From NCBI RefSeq assembly GCF_963921235.1, contig NC_086097.1:121396001-121460000 (forward strand): a stretch of DNA of 64,000 bases. The letters are read 5' to 3'. Position 1 is the first letter of the stretch; each line of letters begins with the position of its first letter. This DNA comes from Mobula hypostoma (Eukaryota). The notes under the pieces were generated by a model. It was not told the origin of the DNA, did not search any database, and saw only the letters and a program-made list of their open reading frames with translations. This document shows, one piece after another, positions 1 through 11,929 of the stretch. Both the position numbers and the translations under genes were made by a program.

Positions 1-124
1 CAAACAGCATCAGTGGAAAGCAAAGTATTCATGGTTTGAGATCAATTAGTTTTCAGTAAAATTTAATTGATGAGTTTGTTTGTTATAAGCAAAATAATAC
101 AATGATTGCAGATTCACCCGTCTC

Positions 125-945
125 TAACATCCATGTACCTATCCAAACTTCTCTTAAATGTTCCAATTGAACCTGCATCTACCACTTCTGCTGGCAGCTC
201 ATTTCACACTCACACTACCCTCAGAGTGAAGTAGTTCCCCCTCAGATATTTCTTAAATAGTTCACCTTTCACCCTAAACCTATGACCTTTAGGTCTCATA
301 AACCTAAAGGGAAAAGTCTGCATATTTACTTTATCTATACTCCTCATAACTTTGTATTCCTCTATAAGATCTCCCCTCATCCTCCTGCACGCCAGAGAAT
401 AAAATCGTAACCTATTCAATTTATCCTTGTAACTCAGGTCCTCACATCCCAGCAACATCTGTGTAAAATTTTCTCCATGCACTTTCAAGCTTTTTGATGT
501 CTTTCCTGTAGGTAGCTGACCAGGAGTGCACATAATCCTCTACATCTGTCCTCACCAATGTCTTATACAACTTCAAAACAACAGCCCAACTCCTGTACTC
601 AGTGCCCTGATTTATGAAGGCCAATGTGTCAAAAGCTTTCTTTATGACCCTATATACCTTTGATGTCACTTCAAATGAATTATGGATCTGTATTCCCAGA
701 TTCCTTTGTTCCACCGTGCACCTCACTGCCCTACCATTTACTGTGTAAGTCTTAGCGTGCTTTGTTCTCCCAAAGTGCAACACCTTACACTTGTCTGCAT
801 TAAAATTCATCTGAAAATTTTCAGCTCATTTTCCCAGCTGATCCAGACCACTTTGCAGGCTTTGATAGCCTTACTCACTGTCCACTACACCCCCAATTGT
901 GGTATCATCCACACATCTGTTGATCCAGTTTACATTATCACCTAA
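125..945 (-). mobile_element. CR1 LINE, decayed 3' part of ORF2 (RT C-terminus)
   Basis: Frameshifted ORFs 442-810 and 210-533: MNFNADKCKVLHFGR, LYKTLVR, RRMRGDLIE, GHRFRV, all typical of CR1 ORF2. Confidence 0.9.
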
Positions 946-1063
946 ATCATTTGGTTTACTCATGATCTGTCATTTTAGAAACACAGGACTAGATTAAGAT
1001 CACTACTTGAAAATGAAACATTTATGGATACTCTCCATGATCTGCAAACATTATTTCTTCTGC

Positions 1064-1652
1064 TGGTGGTGGCATCTGTTAGTCTCGCGAGCCCATGGAT
1101 CTGCGCCTGGAACGTTTCCAGGGCGTGGGCCTGGGCAAGGTTTTATGGAAGACCGGCAGCTGCCCATGCAGCAAGTCTCCCCTTTCCATGACACCGATGT
1201 TGTCCAAGGGAAGGGCAAGGTCTGATATGACTTGGCACTAGTCTCATTGCAGGAGTTGCCAGAACGAGACTGAAGGGAACGTCGGACTGCCTTAGGGACT
1301 CCAGCTCCGGATTTGTCCTCAGGATTTACTCCCGAAGCCTTTCCGATGAGTGGGTATGGCGCAAGGTAGCGGAGGTTTGAAATCAGAGTTTTCCCTCTCT
1401 TAGATGGACTGCCTTCCCAGGCTGACAAGCTCCATCGACCTGAAGCACTGGTTTTAAGGCACCAGGACCCGCCTTCGCCCCTTCTCCTATCAGTAGAAAC
1501 AGTTCCACTGGGCTTAGAGGCTAAGCCACATGAGAAGGCCAGGAGTTGGACTTGGTTGTTAGAGGCTATTTGAGGTGCATGCCGTGAGGAGCACTTTTAG
1601 GTAGTGGGAGCTTATCCCCACTACCACTCCTCGGCTTGACAACCTTGGAACC
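1064..1652 (-). mobile_element. Non-autonomous RTE-type short retroposon, apparently full length
   Basis: Perfect 11-bp TSD ATTTCTTCTGC at 1053-1063 and 1653-1663; GC-rich non-coding body; RTE-like 5'UTR motif GGAAAACTCTGATTTCAAACC and RTE-like 3' end TCCATGGGCTCGCGAGAC on the - strand. Confidence 0.75.
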
Positions 1653-3744
1653 ATTTCTTCTGCAGTTCAGCATAAATATGATACTCCTACTGTTTCTTGT
1701 TTATGTTTGACTGTGCTGCACACTATATGCATTTATGAATTATATTTATTCACTTATTTGTGGTAATATTTTGTTTTGCATGCTGTGTGTGATATATGTT
1801 TTGTGAGTGCACTATGATCTGGAGGAACACTTGGTTGGTTGCATGTATGTACAATTAGACGGCAATAATCATTAACTTGAACTCTAAGCAACATTCACCA
1901 AAAGAAGTTGATTCTGAACAAAGGTAGCAAAAGAAGAATGTGTGGAGGAGAAAAAGAGCAGGAATTTTAAGCAAAGAACAAATAAAATAAGTATTTGATC
2001 AAGTGAGAGAATAAAATTTTAGTTGACTTTTAGTATGTTAAATTTATTATTCATAATTTTCCAGTAAGTGGTTTTGTTTCCAATTATTTTAAATGGCTTG
2101 AATTAAATTGTTGCCAAAGATTATGAATTTCAAAATGCCTGTAATGCTCTTAAGGAGACAGGTAAAATTTCACTTCCATACCTACTGAATATATATTGTA
2201 CAGTGGAGAAAACTAATTTGTAAGTGAACTTATAGTATACAAGTTAGACTGATTATTGCAATTTGAAGCAATGTTTACTCTCTAATGACTCCAAACTCTC
2301 AATTACATTTTAGTTCAGAAACATAAGCATGGTATGCTGCAAGTCATAATTGATACTCTTTTTCTACAGCATCTTAATAGTTTCTACACTGCTGAATATT
2401 GAAATGCCTTTAGAGATTTTAATTCAATGAACAGAAGTCATTTCTTTTAAGTCATGGTCTATTCTTGATCCCATATTCTGACAAATATGGTACTTATTCT
2501 CTTATTAATTGTATTAGCAATTAATTGAATGTTGAATAAAGAGTCTCGGCATAACATTTATTTGCCTTGAAATATGGATCATCTTTTGGTAATGGATAAT
2601 GTTCGAAAATAACAAATGAAAAGAATTCTTCAATCATACTATAATGCATTTTATGCATTTACATCTCTGATCTAATACAGAGGAATTTCATTGCCTTTGT
2701 AGATACCCTTACTCTGCTGCTGCAAATGACATTATCAGCTTCCTATAGCTTCAATACAGTTAATGCCATCACCCCACCCACTTAAACATTACTTTGTCAT
2801 TATATCAAAAACACTACTTATCATTAACCAAGATACTCAACTGTAATACTTACATTGTACAACACTTCAGCTTGACGTTATCATCAACATTTGGACACAC
2901 AGCGTTCACTAGGTTTTTAAGTCTGTTTCATTCAATTTCATTACATTTCATTCATAAGATGCTTAAGATTATTTCCCATTTACTTTTTTCATCAAGGATT
3001 GGTGCACAATGCAAAAATAAGCATGCCATTTTTCTTGACTACAAAACTTACTGTAAACTATAATTCAAGAGGTTCAAAATTATTTAAATTGTTAATAATG
3101 ATCCCAATGAAAATAAGAATAGACTACTTTAGCTATATTATGAAAACACTTGTTTGAAATTTATTTTGCTTCAATATCAAACTTTGGAAAGCAAGGATTA
3201 CAGTCCCCAAACCAGTGTGTCTACAGCACCAGAATGAATATACTGTAGTGCAAATTGATTTCTGAAGCTATTATTAAAGGAAAGTATAATGAGTCAAATA
3301 ACATTGAGATCATCAAAGGCCCTGCTACAGCTATATTATTGCCATATCAGTTGGATCCACAAGGCACCGCGTTTGTAAGTGTTTGTGTTCCCTCAGTGAC
3401 ATAGACACACTCTTGTTTATTCAGCAATAAAGGCCAAACATCTTCAAGGTTTAATTTCAAGGGTGAGCCAAGTTACCTGAGCAAGTACACCTCCTCCCCA
3501 CCCTGGCACCACATCTAAGATTGAATACCTTATTAATACACTTCTCAATTTCTACATGAAAAGCTAAAAGATTGGATCAGATGGCAAAAAGCTCCTGGTA
3601 CATACGAAATTATATCCAAGCGTAAGTTATCAAACTTAAAAGAGGTAAAGAGGAATTGGAAATAGAAATGAAACATTATGTAAGGGCCATTCCTTCTCCC
3701 ATTTTCAAATCTGTGAATGGTTTTGTCAGTACTATCAGTATAAG

Positions 3745-4186
3745 ACCATTCTCAGGTTGGAAAAGCAATACTTCATATTCCATTTGCATAGCCTCCAACC
3801 TGATGGCATGAATATCTACTTCTCTAACTTCCAGTAATTTATCCCTCTCCCTTTTCTCTTTTTTTCCATTCCCCAGTCTGGATCCCCCTTACCCCTTCTC
3901 TTCTCCCTACCTGCCAATCACTTTCCTCTGGTGCTATACGTCCTTCCCTTTCTCCCACGGTCCACTTTTCCTCACCTATCAGATTCCTTCTTCTTCAGCC
4001 CGTTACCTCTTTCACCTATCACCTTCCAGCTTCTCAGTTCATTCTCCCCTCCCCCATTCACCTGCCCTCCCCCTCAGCTGGTTTTCTCCTATCACCTGCC
4101 AGCTTGTCCTCCTTTCCCTCCCCCCACCTTCTTATTCTGGATTCTTCCCCCTTCCTTTCCAGTCCTGATGAAAGGTCTCGGCCCTG
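3745..4186 (+). mobile_element. Penelope-like element 3' fragment (end of GIY-YIG region, pLTR, truncated hammerhead motif)
   Basis: AGCCTCCAACCTGATGGCATGAA (LQPDGMN), CT-rich tract, AGTCCTGATGAAAGGTCTCGGCCC; homologous to 52670-53150 and 60395-61545. Confidence 0.85.
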
Positions 4187-5907
4187 ACCAACACACCCCA
4201 GCAAATTCCTAATGCATATAAATGTACATGGTGAATAAAACTGATCCTTGATTCCTGATCCTTAAACAATATTAGTTCAATATATTATCATTCTGTCAAT
4301 ATATTTAATTCTGGATACCTTTGTTTTTATTGATGGTGACTACGAATATACATATTGTTTTACTACATGGTTTTAAAACATTCTTTGGTCACAAAAGTAC
4401 AGTAGAGTAAAGCAGGCAATGCTAAATGGTAAATCATGGTGTATAGTGTAGCTTTTTAAAATTAACAGAACGGTTATAGAATTATTCATCCTAATGCGAA
4501 GCACGGTCTTTAAATGTGGCTGAGTTATATGTCGGTGACTGATAGAACAGCTGGAACTAGAAAAAGAAAAAACTGACAAGAACAATCCTATGTTACCAGA
4601 TGTGGCTCTGGACCTGTCATGCTTGTCTGATTTGGAAATGGGAAAGTGGGCTCAGCTGAATGAACATGATTTCAAATGTAGTCTGGCTGTGATTCCTGCA
4701 GCAGTTCTGCAGGAGATACTAAAGCTGTCAATCAGTCATCCTCAATGGGAATTAAAGACGGAAAATTGGCCCAAAACATACAAAAAATATGTATTGAAAA
4801 TGCAGTAGTTTTGTTAGATTTTGCCATTGGTAGAATGCTATATACAAGCTGCTGCAATGACAGAATAATTTAGAAAACAACCAGAGGCTGGGAGAATTAA
4901 ATCATTTGTACAATGGCAGAAATACTATTTACCAAGAGTCCAACTATACAGTATTTTGTATACATTCAGGATAGATATCTACGTAAAATTATGGGCTTCA
5001 AAGCGAACATATTCATTATCTGTCTACTGTCAATCAATGATGAATGAAAAATAAACCTAAGAAATTAATATTAATTTCATTTAAGAATTAATGAGATTGT
5101 ATTCTTGAATTGATATTGTATAATATCACAATTACTTTTTGGTGATTCTTTCAAGAACATGAAAAATTCCTGATTCATAATGTTATTGAAAAATTTAATA
5201 CCTGATATAGATATACAGCACAGACAAAAGACCCTATTGGATACCGATGCTCCTGTGATCCAGAGGTTCTTCAGAAATCAAGAATGAGGCATAAAACTTT
5301 TTGCCTATGGCTATTTTATTGAACATTATGAGAGCAAAGAAGAACAAGAACATTTGAGGGAACAAAAAAAAAGGACTAGACTAAAAAGTAGTTGTGGGCA
5401 ACTTATATGCAAATGAAAGATAACAGCGAGTTCCAGTGACATCAATTAAGCTATAAAACAGACAGATTCAAATAGCGTGACACCTGTTACTGAAAACTCA
5501 GAGGTTTCTAGAACAAATATAGAATCAACTGTACTGTTATCGTTGGAAAATCCACTGAACAATTACAAGCATTTATGTGTGATTATATAAAGATACAACC
5601 AAGCACAGGAAAGTTAAGATACAAGAAAAATAACAATTCTACACCCCTGTCCAACAACTCTTCAGTTGTCTCTTCTTCTGTTACATTACAGATTGTCTCC
5701 TATTTAAGATGAATATGTTTAATTTAAGTTAGCTTAAAAAGGATTGCTGCACACTTTTTATCCCAATTATCCTTCAGGTTCCATGTGTTCTCCAATGTTG
5801 ATCAGCATGGCATGCTTTTCCAGTTTTCTCTGCCTTTATTACAGACTCCATTCTCTTGCTGTGACACAAATGGACAGTAAGTCAGTTACAAATAACCTAA
5901 ACTTCTA

Positions 5908-7300
5908 AAAAGTAAATTATAGGCCAGTTAGCCTAACCTCAGTGCTTGGGAGAGTGTATGAGTCTATTATTAAGCATGAGGTTTTGAGGTACTTGGAGAA
6001 AAATGATGAAATAAGTCAAAGTCAGCATGGTTTCTAGGAAGGGAAATCTTGCCTGCCAAATCCATTAGAGTTCTTCAAGGAAGTAACAAGGGTGGACAAA
6101 ACAGGCAGTGGATGTCATTCACTTGGATTTTCAGAAGGCGTTTGATAAGGTGCCGCACGAGGCTGCTTAACAAGATAAAATCCCATGGTGTTACAGGAAA
6201 GATCCTGGCATGGATGGCTGACAGGCAGGAGGCAGCGAGTGGGAATAAAAGGGGCCTTTCTTGGTTGGCTGCCGGTGACTAGTAGTGCTCCTCAGGGGTC
6301 TGTATTGGGACTGCTACTTTTCACATTGTTTGTCAATGGTTTAGATAATGGAATTGATGGCTTTGTGACAAAGTTTGCAGATGATACGAAGGTAGGTGGA
6401 AGGGTAGGTAGTGTTGAGGAAGCAATGGAAATGCAGCAAGACTTAGACAAATTGGAAGAATGGACAAAAAAGTGGCAGATGGAATAGTGTTGGGAAATGT
6501 ACGATAATGCATTTTGATAAAAGGAACAATAGTGTGGACTATTATCTAAGTAGGGAGAAGGTTCAAACATTAGGGTTGCAGAGGGACTTAACAGTCCTTG
6601 TGCAAGACTCCCAGAAGGTTAATTTACGGGTTGAGTCTGTGGTAAAGACAACAAATGCAAAGTTGGCATTTATTTCAGGGGAAATAGAATATAAAAGCAA
6701 GGAGATAATGCTGAGCCTTTATAAGACACTAGTTAGGCAGCACTTGGATATTGTTAACAGTTTTGAGCCTCATATCTCAGAAAGGATATCTTGCCATTGG
6801 AGAGAGTCCAAAGAAGGTTCACAGGGATGATTCCAGGAATAAAGGGGTTAAAATAGGAGCAGCATTTGGCAGCTTTGAGCCTGTACTCACTGAAATTTAG
6901 AAGAATGCAGGGGGCTCTCATTGATACTTATTGAATGTTGGAAGGACTGGATAGGGTGGATGGGAGGAGGATGTTTTTTATGGTGGAGGTATCCAGAACT
7001 AGAGGGCACAGCCTCAAAATTGAGGGGTGACCCTTTAGAACAGAGGTAAGGAAGATTTTTCTTTTATCCAGAGAGTAGTAAATCTGTGGAATGCTTTACC
7101 ACAGACTGCAGTGGAGGCCAAGTTCGTACATATATTTAAGGCAGAAGTAGATAGTTTCCTGACTGGTCAGGGCATCAAAGGATATGGCAAGAAGGCAGGT
7201 GTATGGGGTTGAATGGGATCCGTGATTAGCCATGATGGAATGGTGGAGCAGAGTCGATGGGCTGAATGGTTGAACTCTGCTCCTATGTCTTATGGTCTTA
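5908..7300 (+). mobile_element. CR1 LINE, decayed RT and 3' tail
   Basis: NYRPVSLT, DFQKAFDKV, PQGSVLG, KFADDTK motifs with stops and frameshifts; tail TCTTATGGTCTTA. Confidence 0.93.
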
Positions 7301-7614
7301 TTATAAATATATTGTTTCATTAAACATTCTTTGTTGTTTGATGTTGTGGACTTTGCCGAATTTACATGTAAAAGTACGTGAATGGCACACATCATTATGC
7401 CACTATGTCGTAAATGTGCACTTCACGAAAGTAAAATTAAACTAAGACATGCATCTCCCATGTTTTTCTTTTGATTAGTTGCTGGAATTACAAAATATTA
7501 TAATGGCAAACCTGAGATGTGTAAAAGCGCAGCATGTTTATTTTCTTCAGAAGTGCAGCGAGACATTTGCGTTTAAAACAAAAGCAGAAAATGGACGAAA
7601 TTCACTGATTCATA

Positions 7615-8672
7615 ACCTTTTCAGAATGGCAGGCGGTGACTAGTGGGGTACCGCAAGGCTCAGTGCTGGGACCCCAGTTGTGTACAATATATATTAATGA
7701 CTTGGATGAGGGAATTAAATGCAGCATCTCCAAGTTTGCGGATGACACGAAGCTGGGCGGCAGTGTTAGCAGTGAGGAGGATGCTAAGAGGATGCAGGGT
7801 GACTTGGATAGGTTGGGTGAGTGGGCAAACTCATGGCAGATGCAATTTAATGTGGATAAATGTGAAGTTATCTACTTTGGTGGCAAAAATAGGAAAACAG
7901 ATTATTATCTGAATGGTGGCCGATTAGGAAAAGGGGAGGTGCAACGAGACCTGGGTGTCATTATACACCAGTCATTGAAAGTGGGCATGCAGGTACAGCA
8001 GGCGGTGAAAAAGGCAAACGGTATGCTGGCATTTATAGCGAGAGGATTCGAGTACAGGAGCAGGGAGGTACTACTGCAGTTGTACAAGGCCTTGGTGAGA
8101 CCACACCTGGAGTATTGTGTGCAGTTTTGGTCCCCTAATCTGAGGAAAGACATCTTTGCCATAGAGGGAGTACAAAGAAGGTTCACCAGATTGATTCCTG
8201 GGATGGCAGGACTTTCATATGAAGAAAGACTGGATGAACTGGGCTTGTACTCGTTGGAATTTAGAAGATTGAGGGGGGATCTGATTGAAACGTATAAGAT
8301 CCTAAAGGGATTGGACAGGCTAGATGCAGGAAGATTGTTCCCGATGTTGGGGAAGTCCAGAACGAGGGGCCACAGTTTGAGGATAGAGGGGAAGCCTTTT
8401 AGGACCGAGATTAGGAAAAACTTCTTCACACAGAGAGTGGTGAATCTGTGGAATTCTCTGCCACAGGAAACAGTTGAGGCCAGTTCATTGGCTATATTTA
8501 AGAGAGAGTTAAACATGGCCCTTGTGGCTACGGGGGTCAGAGGGTATGGAGGGAAGGCCGGGGCGGGGTTCTGAGTTGGATGATCAGCCATGATCATAAT
8601 AAATGGCGGTGCAGGCTCAAAGGGCCGAATGGCCTACTCCTGCACCTATTTTCTATGTTTCTATGTTTCTAT
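7615..8672 (+). mobile_element. Young 5'-truncated CR1 LINE with an uninterrupted RT C-terminal frame (312 aa), inserted in the Gypsy element
   Basis: ORF 7636-8574 (GVPQGSVLGP, KFADDTK, VRPHLEYCVQFWSP); 3' octamer tail (TTTCTATG)n. Confidence 0.95.
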
Positions 8673-9057
8673 AAACAGCGAATACCAGGTAGTAATAATA
8701 AAATATAATAAAACATAGTTGGTTGGCTACATCAGATAGGTGCATTCAATTGCATAAGAGATAACTGGATATTGTATACTGGGCAAATTGAGCAGTATTT
8801 TAAGCAAATAAAATAGCCAATGAAAAGCGAGTGCCAGTTTTGCTAAATGCAATGGGTGGAAAGGCATACAGTTTGCTCAGACGTTTGACTATTCCAACGA
8901 AATCACATGAAATGAGCTTTGCTGATATTGAGAACATAATGCAGGAACATTTAGAACTAAAAACATTGTGGATGCTTTAGGTTTCATAAGTGGAATCAAA
9001 AAGCAGAGGAGACCATTTCAGTGTATGTGGCTGAACTGAAGAAATTGTCTGAGCATT

Positions 9058-9533
9058 ATCAGAATCAGGTTTATTTGTTAACTTAGCAGCGGCAGTTCAA
9101 TGCAATACATAATCTAACGGAGAGAAAAAGTAATAAAAAATATAAAAAATAATAATAAACAAGTAAATCAATAACATATATTGAATAGATTTTAAAAATC
9201 ATGCAAAAACAGAGATACTGTATACTAAAAAAAGTGAGGTAGTGTCCAAAGATTCAATGTCCATTTAGGAATCAGATGGCAGAGGGGAAGAAGCTGTTCC
9301 TGAATCGCTGAGTGTGTGCCTTCAGACTTCTGCATCTCCTACCTGATGGTAACAGTGAGAAAAGGGCATGCTCTGGGTGCTGGAGGTCCTGATAATCGAC
9401 GCTGCCTTTCTGAGACACCACTCCCTAAAGATGTCCTGGGTACTGTGTAGGCTAGTGCCCAAGATGGAGCTGACTAGGTTTACAACCTTCTTCAGCTTCT
9501 TTTGGTCCTGTGCAATAGCCCCTCTATACCAGT
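9058..9533 (-). mobile_element. Rex1/Babar-type LINE 3' fragment inserted in Gypsy gag
   Basis: WYRGAIAQDQKKLKKVV...CLRKAASII; near-identical in structure to 42152-42720; ATTCTG-type tail. Confidence 0.85.
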
Positions 9534-10295
9534 CAGCCAGTTTAGTGATGGGCTTAATGATACACTGAGAGATCACTTAGTTTGTGAAAGCATTCAAAAA
9601 CATCTCCTAACTGAAGCACGGCTCACATTCAAAAGTACCGTAGAAATTGTTGTAAAAACAGAAACAGTAGACAGAGACACAATTGAGTTGCAATCACGAA
9701 TGAAAGCAAGCATGGACAAAATTGCAATATTTAAACAAAAACTAGCGGGGCTGAAAAAATTGTGTTACTATTGTGGCAAAGGCACGTATACACCAGACCA
9801 ATGCAGGTTTAAAGGTGAAATTGCAGAAAATGCAACAAAGTATGACACACTTAAAGCACATGTTGGGCAGGCAAAAAAAAGTCAAGTTGCAGTTTCAAAA
9901 AGAGCACTAATCTGCATGCTGTTGGTGAAAAATCTGATAATCATGAGAGTGACACAGGTCTGAGGAGCCTTGAGATTTAAAATGTGAAAACTAATAAAAG
10001 ACCAGCAATAATGTTTACACCAGAGTGAATAACAAGTTAATTAGAATGGAATTGGACACTGGCTCAGCTGTTTTGCTCATTACTGTGACAGAGAGCACTC
10101 AGTAAACACATTTATTAGACATTTGCATTGAATGAATGTTCAAGGATGGAATTGGATAACTCAAACATATCAAGGGTAAATTAGTGTTAAATGAAAATGC
10201 CACACCTGTTTGACAAAGCCTGTCTGGTTCCTTATACCATCCGTGATAAAGTAGCCAGTGAGCTAGATCACATGGAGGCTGAAGGAGTTCTTTTC

Positions 10296-10668
10296 TTTTC
10301 TTTTTAAATCTTTTTATTGAGTAAGTATACAAAAAAGGTAAGCCATATAAACATTAATACAATGTTAAAGTATAATAAAATTCCAAAAGATAACAATACC
10401 AAAAAGAAAATACTACAAACAATGTAATTTAAGCATAAGAAACCAAGATAACATAATAGTATACTAGATTTTATATATATCAATGGAAAAAAAGAAAAAA
10501 AAACCCCAAAAAAAAAACCCACCGTGCAACTAACTAAAAGCAAAGCAAAGCAATGGGCTAACTTGAAACCAAACAGAGTTAAACTTAAAATCACGTCCTC
10601 AATCCCGACCTCCATTAAAACAGTGAAGAGAAAACAAGAAGGGTAAATATTACATTAAATGAAAATAT
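10296..10668 (-). mobile_element. Retroposed 3' fragment (L1/Tx1-like 3'UTR with polyA signal) inserted in Gypsy pol
   Basis: 13-bp TSD AGGAGTTCTTTTC at 10283-10295 and 10669-10681; AATAAA then an A-rich tail on the - strand. Family assignment is inferred. Confidence 0.7.
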
Positions 10669-11929
10669 AGGAGTTCTTTTCAAGGTTGAGAAAAGCACAT
10701 GGGCAACACCAATGTTCCCAGTAGCCAAGAAGAATGGGTCTGTCAGTATCTATGGTGATTAAGGTCACCATCAACCCAGTGCCAAAAGTACATCAATAAC
10801 TTCTACCCAGGATTGTGACTATATTTGCAAGTGTTCCTGGAGGGAAACACTTCGGCAAAATGGACTTAGCAGGGGCCTACAGATGCAGACGGAAGAAGAG
10901 TCCAAAGTGTTTCTCACCATAAACACCCAGAAAGGACTTTATCGCTATAATAGATTTATTCTTGGAGTGGCATTTGCACCTGCACTCTGACAGAAAGCTG
11001 TGGACCAGGTACTCAGTGTTACTTGGATGACATCATTATTACCGATGAAGATGACAAGGAATATCTCCAAATTGCAAGAAGATAAGAAGATTATGGACTC
11101 AGAGCACAATGCAACAAGTGTGAATTATTTAAACCAAGCATCAACTACTCTGGTCACACTATTGACACTCAAGAATTACACAAGTATGCTGAGAAAATTC
11201 AAGCAGTGGTGGATGCCTCAAGGCCAAAGGATGCAGACCTTTTTGGGATTTGTGACAGTTGCAGTCCTTTTTGGGATTTGTCAATTACCATAACAGGCTT
11301 CTGCCAAACTTGGCTACTGTGCTTCACCCCTTGACCTCTTAATTATGGATCAGGAAGAAATGGCAGTGGACAAAGCAGTGTGAGGTGGCTTTCCAAAAGG
11401 CAAAGGAAATGGTGAAGGCAGACACTGTACTCACACATTATCCTTCATGTCATCCAGTGAAGCTTGCCTGTCATACCATGCCTTATGGTATAGGTGCATT
11501 TATGTCACATGTTATGAGTGATGGAAGTAAACGTCTCATTGCCTCTGTGTCACGTTCCCTTACTGCTGCAGATAAAACTTGTGCACAGATTGACAGACAG
11601 GCCTTGCGTCTGGTTTGGGGTGTAAAACCTTTCAACCATTACTTGTATGGGAGAGAGTTTACCCTCATTATGATTATCAACCACTAATATCCATTTTCAA
11701 TGCACAGAGGGGTGTTCCATGAACAGCAGCACAAATGCAGACATGGACTCTGTTTCTTGGAGGACACAATGACAAAGTTGAATTCGATTGGACAGCTAAT
11801 CATGGAATCCTGAAGGATTGTCCCACTTACTCTTGGGAAAGGAATTACCAGAAAAATTTACAGAAGAGTTATTTTTAAAATTTTTATTTTTATTTATTTA
11901 TTTATGTAAAATAAAATAAATTATTTTCT

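Noticed and set aside
7636-8574. Reverse transcriptase ORFs (also 12350, 39959, 42831, 45168) as retron, DGR, defence-system or domesticated genes
   Set aside because: Each has LINE-clade motifs, 5' truncation or frameshifts, simple-repeat tails or TSDs, in a spliced vertebrate locus.
7905-8597. 230-aa minus-strand ORF
   Set aside because: Antisense shadow of the CR1 RT frame.
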